From a virus (taxonomy: Duplodnaviria; Caudoviricetes): 64,000 nucleotides of DNA. A program made the position numbers and the translations under genes. Below are positions 36,712-45,708 of this stretch, piece by piece (the first letter of the stretch is position 1; every line of letters starts with the position of its first letter). The stretch lies in the IMG/VR virus record IMGVR_UViG_3300036546_000172, positions 73,943 to 137,942 of that record. The stretch is one strand, 5' to 3'. The notes under the pieces are model-generated. The model did no database searches and had not been told where the DNA came from. It saw only the letters and a program-made list of their open reading frames with translations.

Positions 36712-37278
36712 ATGGCAATGAAGATTGAGAGTATTAAAAGTATTGGTAAACACGAGGTGTATGATATTGAAACCGAGTCTCACGACTATGTACTATCCAA
36801 TGGAGTCATCACCCATAACTCAGGCGGAATGCTATCAGCGGACCAAGTTTTCATAGTAGGCAAGCGTCAAATCAAAGAAGGTACGGATCTTGTAGGCTGG
36901 CAGTTTATTCTCAATGCTGAGAAGTCTCGGACTATTCGAGAGAAGTCAGCTATTCCGTTTGAAGTTAAGTATGACGGCGGTATGGATCGATACTCCGGTC
37001 TTCTGGACATCGGACTAGCCTCTGGTTTCGTTACTGCACCCAAGAAAGGATGGTTTACACGACCGTCTGTATCAGAAGATAAGAATTGGCGTCGGAAGGA
37101 CACCTCTTGTGAGGAGTTCTGGAAGCCGTTACTTGGTGATCAGAAATTCTTAGACACAGTCAGTTCTATGTATAAAGTAGGTGGCAATGGTAAACTGCTT
37201 CAGGATAAACTTGACGGTCTGCTTAACGAAGGTGAAGATCTAGACCTAAGCACCGGTGAAATCACACAAACAGAATGA
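36712..37278 (+). CDS. uvsX: C-intein (36712-36819) plus UvsX C-terminal fragment
   Basis: MKIESIK...VYDIET...ITHN|SGGMLSADQVFIVGKRQIKEG; own GAGG RBS. Confidence 0.92.
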   Translation: MAMKIESIKSIGKHEVYDIETESHDYVLSNGVITHNSGGMLSADQVFIVGKRQIKEGTDLVGWQFILNAEKSRTIREKSAIPFEVKYDGGMDRYSGLLDIGLASGFVTAPKKGWFTRPSVSEDKNWRRKDTSCEEFWKPLLGDQKFLDTVSSMYKVGGNGKLLQDKLDGLLNEGEDLDLSTGEITQTE

Positions 37279-37299
37279 GGGGCATGTCCCCTCTTTTTT
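37277..37299 (+). terminator. intrinsic terminator
   Basis: GAGGGG/CCCCTC hairpin followed by a T run. Confidence 0.75.
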
Positions 37300-37313
37300 C
37301 CTGAAGGACTGAC

Positions 37314-38669
37314 ATGACATCTATTGAACAATCCATCTTCAAAGCGCTCTTATATTCTGAAGAGTTTGTTCGAAGGACCCTACCATATCTTGAACCCGAA
37401 TACTTTGATGGTACACATCGAACACTGTTTAACATATACAAGAAGTTATTTGATCAATACAACTCTGTCCCTACGTTTGAAGCCATAGCTGTTACATTAC
37501 AGAAAGAATCCATTGGTGAATCTGAGTTCGATGAGATTGCTGAAATCATCAGCGAGTGTTACGAAACCAAGGATGACATGCCTAATGTAGACTGGTTGGT
37601 AGATGAGACGGAACAATATTGTCGCGATAAGAAGATCTATAACGCTATCTACGAATCCATCAACATCATTGAGGGTACCAATAAGAATCTGGACAAGCAT
37701 GCCATTCCAGACCTGCTGGATGATGCTCTGGCCGTGTCATTCGACTCAACCATCGGCATGGAGTTCTTTGATGATGCAGAGAAGCGTTACGACTCCTACA
37801 CTGCAGAAGACAACAGAGTAAAATTCCCACTTGATGCTTTGAACATACTGTCCAACAACGGACATAAAAAGAAGGCTCTGAGCTGTATATTGGCGGGTAC
37901 GAATACCGGGAAGAGTAGTATGATGTGCTACTTGTCTGGTGAGTTTCTTAAGCAGGGACTCAATGTGCTGTACATCAGCCTTGAGATGGACGAAGAATCT
38001 CTGATGCAACGTGTAGAAGCTAACCTACTAGGTGTGAGCACGGATGAACTGAGCAGGATTGGTAAGGAAAGATATATGGACGGTATAACCAAGGTTAAGA
38101 ACAAGACTCACGGTCGATTCTTCGCTAAAGAATATCCAACCTCCTCTGCACACACCGGTCACTTCAGACACTTGATCAAGGAGCTGAGACAGAAGAAGAA
38201 GTTTATCCCCGACTTTATCTTTATAGACTATCTTAATATCTGCGCCTCATCCAGGTACAAGAGTATGAGCGGCGTGAACTCATATTCATATGTAAAGGCT
38301 ATCGCTGAGGAGTTACGAGGATTGGCTGTAGAATTTGATGTACCAATCATGACAGCTACTCAGGTAAACCGCGGTGGATATGATGATCAATCTCCTGATA
38401 TGACATCTACATCAGAAAGTTTCGGAGTTCCGGCTACCCTCGATTGGTTCATAGCTATCACTCAAGACGAGGTGTTGAAGGAGAATGGACAGCAATGTAT
38501 TCACCTGCTGAAGACACGATGGGGCAACAAATCTACTGTGAAGCCTCAGCTGGTCAACATCGATTGGGATCGTATGAGATATTCAGATGTCGGGTCAACT
38601 CAGGAGATAGCTAACCAAGTTGGTCAGCGAAAGCCCAAGAAGAAAGTGGATGAAATTGAGTGGGAGTAG
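37314..38669 (+). CDS. 41: replicative DNA helicase (T4 gp41)
   Basis: AGTNTGKS, SLEM, IDYL, TATQ and SESFG motifs. Confidence 0.95.
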   Translation: MTSIEQSIFKALLYSEEFVRRTLPYLEPEYFDGTHRTLFNIYKKLFDQYNSVPTFEAIAVTLQKESIGESEFDEIAEIISECYETKDDMPNVDWLVDETEQYCRDKKIYNAIYESINIIEGTNKNLDKHAIPDLLDDALAVSFDSTIGMEFFDDAEKRYDSYTAEDNRVKFPLDALNILSNNGHKKKALSCILAGTNTGKSSMMCYLSGEFLKQGLNVLYISLEMDEESLMQRVEANLLGVSTDELSRIGKERYMDGITKVKNKTHGRFFAKEYPTSSAHTGHFRHLIKELRQKKKFIPDFIFIDYLNICASSRYKSMSGVNSYSYVKAIAEELRGLAVEFDVPIMTATQVNRGGYDDQSPDMTSTSESFGVPATLDWFIAITQDEVLKENGQQCIHLLKTRWGNKSTVKPQLVNIDWDRMRYSDVGSTQEIANQVGQRKPKKKVDEIEWE

Positions 38670-38728
38670 TGGATTCACTCAATTTCAGCCTGTATCATGC
38701 ATAGTGAATTAACAAATTGGAGATTGAT

Positions 38729-40753
38729 ATGAGTGATTTTATTGCTTTTCGTAATGCTGTCAATGCGCAACTGCAGCAGATGACCAAACACTATGGTCAG
38801 TTGTATCGTGTAGATGTCACCAAAGATGAGATATGGGACTGTTATCTGGCTTCATTCCCGGCTGGAACCAACCCCGTCTACAAAGAGCGTACTGAGCACG
38901 ATTGTAATTGCTGCAAGCAGTTCATCCGGGATATTGGGCGTGTGGTTGCAATCGATGAGAACTTTAAGACGGTGTCTGTGTGGGATATTGATGAGACTGG
39001 TACGTTCTATGATGTTGTGGCTTCAGCTATGTCTGATCTGGTGCACAAGCATCGTATTGATCGTGTATTTCGTCATGATGTGAAGAAAGTGGGACACGCG
39101 CGCAACCACACCACAGATGATCAAGGCAACGTAGTTGATTTCGATCATTTCAGCACAACACTGAACTCTAAGTTTGTGTTTACTGACGGATCTATCGAAA
39201 CACGCAACAGCCAAGATCAAGGTAATTATGATGTTCTCGCTCGCAGTGTTCGTGAGATCACATCTGATGCTATTGACATTGTGTTGGATCTCATCGATCA
39301 GAATTCACTGTATCGAGGCGAGGAGCATCGGTCTATCGTTGCTCTGCTGCGACGTGTTAAGACTGATTTCGTCAAGATGAAGAACTCGGAAAAGGCTCAT
39401 AACTATCTGTGGTTCAAGTCTGTTGAACTGGGACATGCCGCTCGCTTTCGCAACACCGCCATTGGAACCCTGCTAACAGATATCTCCAATGACGTTGATC
39501 TGGAACAGGCGGTTAAGAGCTTTGAATCTAAGGTAGCGCCTCACAACTATAAGCGAACATCCGCTCTCATTACCCAGCGCATGATTGATGATGCGCAGAA
39601 GACGGTGAAAGCTCTGGGACTGGAGGATGCTCTGTATCGTCGGTTTGCCAAAACAGATGACTTGACCATCAACAACGTGCTGTTCGCCAATCGCGATGTA
39701 CAGCCAAAGATGAAAGGTGCATTCGATGATCTGAAGCCAACGGCAGCTAAGAACAAACCGTCTGTGGACGCGTTGGAAGAAATCTCTATTCAGGACTTCG
39801 TTAACAAAGTGCTGCCTAAGATTGATTCACTGGAAGTTCTGGTTGAGAATAAACACAGCGGCAATTTCGTCAGCCTGGTAGCTCCTGTGTACAATGATGC
39901 GCCGAGTTTGTTCAAATGGGATAATAATTTCTCATGGACCTATCGGGGTGACATTACTGACTCCATCAAAGAGCGAGTGAAGAAAGCTGGTGGTAAGGTA
40001 GATGGTGATGTTCGTGTATCGCTGTCCTGGAGCAACAGAGATGATCTGGATCTTCATGTGTTTGAAGAGAAAGGAGCTCATATTCACTTCGGAGCCAAGA
40101 GAAGCCCAAGATCTCGAGGTCATCTGGATGTAGATATGAACGTGCATGGTGAGTCTACAGATCCTGTTGAGAATGTGACCTGGAGTGATCATCGCACCAT
40201 GCTGCCTGGCAGACATCGCGTTGACGTGCATCAGTTCACCAAGCGTGAGTCTCACGACGTCGGCTTCGAAATTGAAATCGAGGTAATGGGTCAGGTAACC
40301 CATGTGGTATACGACAGTCCAGTTAAACAGAATCAATACGTTACAGTGGGTCATCTGGTAGTAGATAAGAATCACAACGTAACATTCGAACCTGCACTGC
40401 CGTCTACTACACGATCACGGACAGAGTGGAATATCGATACTCAGGAGTTCCATAAGGTCCAGATGGTGATGAACTCACCGAACCACTGGGATGATCAAGA
40501 AATTGGCAATAAACACTGGTTCTTTATGCTGGAAGGATGCTATAATCCAGATCCAGCACGAGGCTTCTACAACGAATTCCTCAATAATGAGCTGAACAAG
40601 CATCGCAAGGTGTTGGAAGTACTGGGTTCTAAGATGAAAGCTGAGCCAACTGAAGATCAACTAAGTGGTATTGGTTTTTCTTCCACCCAACGTAATGAAC
40701 TGGTATGTAAAGTGACTGGTTCCTTTAACCGCAAACTGAAGATTAAATTCTGA
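38729..40753 (+). CDS. large hypothetical phage protein
   Basis: long ORF, CNCC, DDLDLH/LDVD module; GGAG RBS. Confidence 0.7.
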   Translation: MSDFIAFRNAVNAQLQQMTKHYGQLYRVDVTKDEIWDCYLASFPAGTNPVYKERTEHDCNCCKQFIRDIGRVVAIDENFKTVSVWDIDETGTFYDVVASAMSDLVHKHRIDRVFRHDVKKVGHARNHTTDDQGNVVDFDHFSTTLNSKFVFTDGSIETRNSQDQGNYDVLARSVREITSDAIDIVLDLIDQNSLYRGEEHRSIVALLRRVKTDFVKMKNSEKAHNYLWFKSVELGHAARFRNTAIGTLLTDISNDVDLEQAVKSFESKVAPHNYKRTSALITQRMIDDAQKTVKALGLEDALYRRFAKTDDLTINNVLFANRDVQPKMKGAFDDLKPTAAKNKPSVDALEEISIQDFVNKVLPKIDSLEVLVENKHSGNFVSLVAPVYNDAPSLFKWDNNFSWTYRGDITDSIKERVKKAGGKVDGDVRVSLSWSNRDDLDLHVFEEKGAHIHFGAKRSPRSRGHLDVDMNVHGESTDPVENVTWSDHRTMLPGRHRVDVHQFTKRESHDVGFEIEIEVMGQVTHVVYDSPVKQNQYVTVGHLVVDKNHNVTFEPALPSTTRSRTEWNIDTQEFHKVQMVMNSPNHWDDQEIGNKHWFFMLEGCYNPDPARGFYNEFLNNELNKHRKVLEVLGSKMKAEPTEDQLSGIGFSSTQRNELVCKVTGSFNRKLKIKF

Positions 40754-40763
40754 GGAGAATATT

Positions 40764-41144
40764 ATGTTTGAACGAGCCACTAAAATGAAGCTGCGTTTTG
40801 ACTCACCGATGGGCCAATTGACCACTGAAGATTTGTGGGATCTACCACTGACTGGTCGTAAATTCTCATTGGATGATCTGGCTAAGAACCTGAATCGTCA
40901 GATCAAGGAAGCTGAAGAAGAAAGCTTCGTGGTCAAGCGTACGTACGCTAACCAGACGTTGAATCTCAAGTTTGACATTGTCAAGCACGTGATTCAGGTT
41001 AAGATGGATGAAGCTGAAGTCAAGGATCAAGCAGCCAAGAAGAAAGCTGAGAAGGCTCGCATTATGGAGATCATTTCTCAGAAAGAGAACGAAGCGCTTC
41101 AAAGCAAGTCCTTGGATGAGCTTAAAGCTCTGCTTAACGGTTGA
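40764..41144 (+). CDS. hypothetical coiled-coil protein
   Basis: GAGGAG RBS; EDLWDLPL; terminator follows at about 41149-41173. Confidence 0.75.
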   Translation: MFERATKMKLRFDSPMGQLTTEDLWDLPLTGRKFSLDDLAKNLNRQIKEAEEESFVVKRTYANQTLNLKFDIVKHVIQVKMDEAEVKDQAAKKKAEKARIMEIISQKENEALQSKSLDELKALLNG

Positions 41145-41184
41145 GAATAGAGGGGCATTGCCCCTCTCCTTTTAGGAGTTTATC

Positions 41185-42063
41185 ATGCTGTCGCTTGTAA
41201 TTCGTCAACCCAATCATTCTGCGTATGAGGTATCGTTCACGGTTGATCATTTTCCGTGCGGAGAGACTAATCTCAGAGTAGATGATCCGCGTGTATCTAA
41301 GCTCAAAGAGATCAAACAACACGAAGGTACGTTCATCATTGGCTTCATGTATGAGTCGAACGATGACCTGATCAACCTGGCTCTTCTATGCGACGCGCTA
41401 GACGGGGTCAACTCCTCTCTCCCCAGGGTTCTATCTATCGGGTACGTTCCTTATGGAAGACAGGATCGACGCTGTAATGAAGGAGAGCCTCATTCATTGA
41501 AGGTGATTTCACGTTTTATCAACTCTATGGGATTCTCATCGGTTCTTGTCATGGATCCCCACAGTGATGTCATCGAGGCTCTGATTAATAATGTGCGTAT
41601 TGTTGGTGTTGAGAAGATATGCTCCAACTTCATCATTTACAGTGATTACGATTACCTGGTATCGCCAGACGGTGGTGCGTACAAGAAGGTGAATAAAGTA
41701 GCTCAGATGACGAACGTTCCTGTTATTCGTGGCGATAAGGTACGCGACACTGAGACCGGAAAGATATCTAACATCACGGTTCACTGTGATGAAGGACAAT
41801 TACAAGGCAAGAAAGTCCTGATCGTGGATGATATATGTGATGGTGGCGGTACTTTCAACGGACTGGCACTTGAACTTCTCAACAAAGGAGCTCATACTGT
41901 GGATCTGTACGTGACTCACGGTATGTTCACCAAAGGAGTGGAGCAAGTAACTCATCACCTGGGGTCTCAAATCATTGATCGGGTGGTTGTAGGTTTCTAT
42001 CATGGACCTGGTGAAGATCGAGATCTGGTCTATGTTATACCACATTATGAGGTGTTGAAATGA
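41185..42063 (+). CDS. PRPP-synthetase-like protein (candidate Adps of NARP1)
   Basis: FPCGE, PYGRQDR, DPHS, SPDGG, VDDICDGGGT and THG motifs. Confidence 0.88.
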   Translation: MLSLVIRQPNHSAYEVSFTVDHFPCGETNLRVDDPRVSKLKEIKQHEGTFIIGFMYESNDDLINLALLCDALDGVNSSLPRVLSIGYVPYGRQDRRCNEGEPHSLKVISRFINSMGFSSVLVMDPHSDVIEALINNVRIVGVEKICSNFIIYSDYDYLVSPDGGAYKKVNKVAQMTNVPVIRGDKVRDTETGKISNITVHCDEGQLQGKKVLIVDDICDGGGTFNGLALELLNKGAHTVDLYVTHGMFTKGVEQVTHHLGSQIIDRVVVGFYHGPGEDRDLVYVIPHYEVLK

Positions 42064-42578
42064 AATACGTTAGCGGTAATCTGTTGAACCTGGCCGAACA
42101 GGGTCAATTTGATATCATAGTACATGGATGCAATTGCTTCTGCACCATGGGGTCGGGGATCGCGGGACAGATTGCATCACGATACCCTAAGGCTTACGCT
42201 GTAGACAATATGACCATCTCCGGAGATGCTAATAAGCTGGGTAAGTTTACTCAGGCTTACATCGATGGTTATTCGCTGCAGCAGATCGGATCAAACATCA
42301 GAGGGCTGAAGAGAGCGCCATACCACTTCACTCTGATTAATGCCTACACTCAGTATGGTTTCGATCCGTCAACCAAACCGGTAGATTATGAAGCTATATA
42401 CAGCGTGTTTAAGCAGATCAAGATGCTGTATGATCTTAATCCTATGGCAATCCAGCGCATTGGTATTCCTAAGATCGGTGCCGGTTTAGCTGGTGGTGAC
42501 TGGGATCGTATTGAGCAGATCATCGACAGTCTGAAATTTAATGACATTACCTGCGTGGTATACGAGGACAAGCAATGA
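42060..42578 (+). CDS. macrodomain protein
   Basis: HGCNCFCTMGSGIA, NAYTQ and PKIGAGLAGGDW motifs. Confidence 0.9.
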   Translation: MKYVSGNLLNLAEQGQFDIIVHGCNCFCTMGSGIAGQIASRYPKAYAVDNMTISGDANKLGKFTQAYIDGYSLQQIGSNIRGLKRAPYHFTLINAYTQYGFDPSTKPVDYEAIYSVFKQIKMLYDLNPMAIQRIGIPKIGAGLAGGDWDRIEQIIDSLKFNDITCVVYEDKQ

Positions 42579-44185
42579 ACAATCCAATGACACAGACCGA
42601 CTTCTACAAGGTCAATCACCGGTTCCAATATCCAGAGGGCACCTCTCTGGTCTTCTCAAACTTCACCCCTCGTTCAGGTAAACATTTTGAACGTGAAGTA
42701 GATGGTGTGGTTTTCTTGGGGCTTCAGAAGTTCATCCTTGAGCATCTGATCGTCGAGTGGGAAGAAGAGTTCTTCAATGTACCGAAAGAGATCGCTGTTG
42801 GTGATTACAAGCGACGTATTGAGACCTCACTGGGACCTAACGCCATTGCATTCGATCATGTTGAAGCATTGCATGATCTTGGATATCTTCCTATTCGCAT
42901 TCGTGCACTACCCGAAGGCTCTGTTGTACCGTTCAGAGTGCCAATGTTCACCGTTGAGAACACTGATCCTGAGTTCTTCTGGCTCACGAACTATCTGGAA
43001 ACCGTGATGTCGGCTGAAATCTGGAAGCCCACCACTGTGGCTACCATTGCATTTGAGTACCGCAAGATCCTAGAGAAATACGCCGAAGAAACCGGTGCTG
43101 ATAAGGCCATGATTCCTTTCAGTGTGCATGATTTCTCCATGCGCGGGATGTCCGGTCGCGCTGATGCTGCCAATTCCGGTGTTGGTCATCTGTTATCATT
43201 TGTCGGCTCAGACAACATTCCAGCTATTGATTGCTGTGAGATGTTCTACTACGCCGATCCTGAGAACGAGCTTATTGGGACATCAATCCCCGCCTCAGAA
43301 CACAGCGTGATGTGCGCCGGGGGACATCTCAATGAGTTTGAAACCTATAAGCGTTTTATCACTGACCTGTATCCCGGTGGACTGGTAGGTATTGTAAGTG
43401 ATACATGGGACCTGTGGAAGGTTCTCACAGAGATTGCACCGGGATTGAAAGATGAAATTATGGCACGTGATGGTAAAGTTGTCTTCCGTCCTGATAGTGG
43501 TGATCCTGTTAAGATTCTGACCGGGTACACATGGAACGGTAAAGAGTACTTCGATGATTCTGATTTTGATGGTGAAGATTATCAAGATGCTGTCAATAAT
43601 TACGAAGTAGTTAAGATGAACGGTAAGTTCTATACTCTGATCCAAGAAGGCTATATGGCTGGTATGACAGATAAAGAACTATCAGAAAATGAAGTCAAAG
43701 GCGCTGTTCAAATCCTTTGGGAGCAGTTCGGTGGAACACTCAACGAGAAAGGATTTAAAGAGCTAGATTCTCATGTCGGATTGATCTACGGCGACTCTAT
43801 CACTCTTGAGCGTTGTGAAGCAATCTGTCAGCGTCTGAAAGATAAAGGCTTCAGTTCAGGTAACGTAGTCTTCGGTGTGGGTTCATATACCTACCAGATG
43901 ATTACTCGCGACACCTTTGGAATGGCTATGAAAGCCACCTACTGTGAAATCGACGGTGAAGGTCGTGAGATCTTCAAGGATCCAGTAACAGATGATGGTG
44001 TGAAGAAGAGCGCCAAGGGTCTGCTCAAGGTGATCAAGGATTCTCAGTATCGTCTGGTAGATCAGGTATCCTGGGACGACGTCAATGCTGGCGATAATGA
44101 GCTGAAGGTTGTGTATGAGGATGGGCTTCTGCACAAAGTTCACACTCTGGGTCAAATCCGAGAGCGCGTAGCTCAATCATTCTAA
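42575..44185 (+). CDS. nicotinamide phosphoribosyltransferase-like protein (candidate Namat)
   Basis: TDFYKVNH, HDFSMRG, ASEHSVM, VSDTWD, RPDSGDP, YGDSI and KKSAKG motifs. Confidence 0.93.
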   Translation: MNNPMTQTDFYKVNHRFQYPEGTSLVFSNFTPRSGKHFEREVDGVVFLGLQKFILEHLIVEWEEEFFNVPKEIAVGDYKRRIETSLGPNAIAFDHVEALHDLGYLPIRIRALPEGSVVPFRVPMFTVENTDPEFFWLTNYLETVMSAEIWKPTTVATIAFEYRKILEKYAEETGADKAMIPFSVHDFSMRGMSGRADAANSGVGHLLSFVGSDNIPAIDCCEMFYYADPENELIGTSIPASEHSVMCAGGHLNEFETYKRFITDLYPGGLVGIVSDTWDLWKVLTEIAPGLKDEIMARDGKVVFRPDSGDPVKILTGYTWNGKEYFDDSDFDGEDYQDAVNNYEVVKMNGKFYTLIQEGYMAGMTDKELSENEVKGAVQILWEQFGGTLNEKGFKELDSHVGLIYGDSITLERCEAICQRLKDKGFSSGNVVFGVGSYTYQMITRDTFGMAMKATYCEIDGEGREIFKDPVTDDGVKKSAKGLLKVIKDSQYRLVDQVSWDDVNAGDNELKVVYEDGLLHKVHTLGQIRERVAQSF

Positions 44186-44229
44186 TCATTAGAGGGTCTT
44201 AAGGCCCTCTTCCTTTATAGGAGTGTAGT

Positions 44230-44538
44230 GTGGAAATTATCATTCTGATCATCGTTGCATTCGTGCAGAATATGGCATTCACCTGGGTCAGTCGAAGCCG
44301 CAACTCAGGAGATCCGGGGTACCATCGATACGCTGCATACTGCTCAAACTCAATCTGGTTCGTCACTAACGTACTGATCTGGAGACAGGTGTGGACAGCT
44401 ATTGAGAGTGGCAATTGGTGGTATCTCCTTGTTGCAGGACTGGCCTACACAATTGCCACGAGCGAAGGTAGCGTGTTGATGATGAAGCGGTTGCTGAAAT
44501 CAGAAACAGGTAAGAGGCAGGTGGGCGCAAGAGGTTGA
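44230..44538 (+). CDS. membrane protein
   Basis: hydrophobic helices; AGGAG RBS. Confidence 0.65.
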   Translation: MEIIILIIVAFVQNMAFTWVSRSRNSGDPGYHRYAAYCSNSIWFVTNVLIWRQVWTAIESGNWWYLLVAGLAYTIATSEGSVLMMKRLLKSETGKRQVGARG

Positions 44539-44586
44539 CATCCCGGCTTAACTGTAGTTGAACTAAGCCAAGGAAGGCGCTATTAT

Positions 44587-44820
44587 ATGTTTAATGAAGA
44601 AGGAGATTACATCATGGCACAGTTTCACAAAGTTAATCGTCAGATCAAAAAGCAATTCCCGGCTTTGGACATCGAAGTCATTCGCGGTGAAGGTTATGTA
44701 TACTTCATCGGAGAGGACGGTTATAAGCTCGACTCCATCATGACTCATCCAACTTCTACCTCAACTGAAGATCTGATCAGAATGTGTGTAGATGAGATTG
44801 AATCTTTAGTTGATCTCTGA
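44587..44820 (+). CDS. hypothetical protein
   Basis: AAGGAG RBS before an internal ATG. Confidence 0.6.
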   Translation: MFNEEGDYIMAQFHKVNRQIKKQFPALDIEVIRGEGYVYFIGEDGYKLDSIMTHPTSTSTEDLIRMCVDEIESLVDL

Positions 44821-44881
44821 CGTCAGAGCCGTCATAATATATTCATCAAATGAAGACATTGACCTAAAGAGGTACTACATC

Positions 44882-45151
44882 ATGCTTACATCCTACGAAG
44901 CAACCGCCCTTGATAACGTCCGCGAGTGGTGCAGTGACGTTAACCACGAGACTGCTACAGCTGCCGACTACGAAAATTGCTACTGTGGTGCTGACATCTA
45001 CACCATCAGCAAGGCTTGCAACATCACAGAGAATCAAGCGAAGGGAGTGTTAAGCTCTTTGGTCAAAAAAGGACTGGTGGTTCAGCACGACGAAGATTAC
45101 AACTTCATGATTAATCTAACAGAAAAAGGCTTCAATGCGATGGTTAAATGA
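44882..45151 (+). CDS. winged-helix-like hypothetical protein
   Basis: QAKGVLSSLVKKGLV...LTEKG pattern. Confidence 0.6.
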   Translation: MLTSYEATALDNVREWCSDVNHETATAADYENCYCGADIYTISKACNITENQAKGVLSSLVKKGLVVQHDEDYNFMINLTEKGFNAMVK

Positions 45152-45207
45152 CCATCGCATTTCATATTAAAATGAGTGTGTATAATAACCGAAGAGAGGT
45201 AATAACT

Positions 45208-45483
45208 ATGTTCTGTGCAAATTGTGGTACTCAAATGAGCGATGCAGCGGTATCTTGTCCGTCTTGCGGTCATCCGGTGAAGCGAGCAGGAGTCAAGTCA
45301 AAAGCAGTGTTCGTGCTTCTGGCTCTGTTCCTAGGTGGTCTCGGCATCCATCGAATGTATATTGGCAACTGGGGTCTTGGTATTCTGTATCTTTTGTTCT
45401 GCTGGACCGGCATTCCAATGATCATCGCGGTAGTTGAAGCAATCGTAATCGGGCTGCGTAACAATGACGAGAGGTTCGAATGA
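45208..45483 (+). CDS. zinc-ribbon plus TM2-domain membrane protein
   Basis: CANCG..CPSCG; KSKA..LLALFLGGLGIHRMY..GILYLLFCWTG. Confidence 0.85.
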   Translation: MFCANCGTQMSDAAVSCPSCGHPVKRAGVKSKAVFVLLALFLGGLGIHRMYIGNWGLGILYLLFCWTGIPMIIAVVEAIVIGLRNNDERFE

Positions 45484-45707
45484 TGCGACGAGTACTAGCG
45501 ATCACTATCATCGTTGCAGCCTTGAGTGGTTGTAGTGTAGCGAAGAACTCCGACACGCCGAATGGTGTGGTTAAGAACGAGAACGGGATCACCTACATCT
45601 TGACGTGTATTGAAGGTCAGACCTTCATAGCTACTCAAGGATCGTATGGATTCTGGCAGTTTGCAGGTCCCGTTAACTCAACATGTGAAACCAACAAAGG
45701 AAGATAA
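45480..45707 (+). CDS. putative lipoprotein
   Basis: LSGC lipobox. Confidence 0.65.
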   Translation: MMRRVLAITIIVAALSGCSVAKNSDTPNGVVKNENGITYILTCIEGQTFIATQGSYGFWQFAGPVNSTCETNKGR

Positions 45708-45708
45708 T

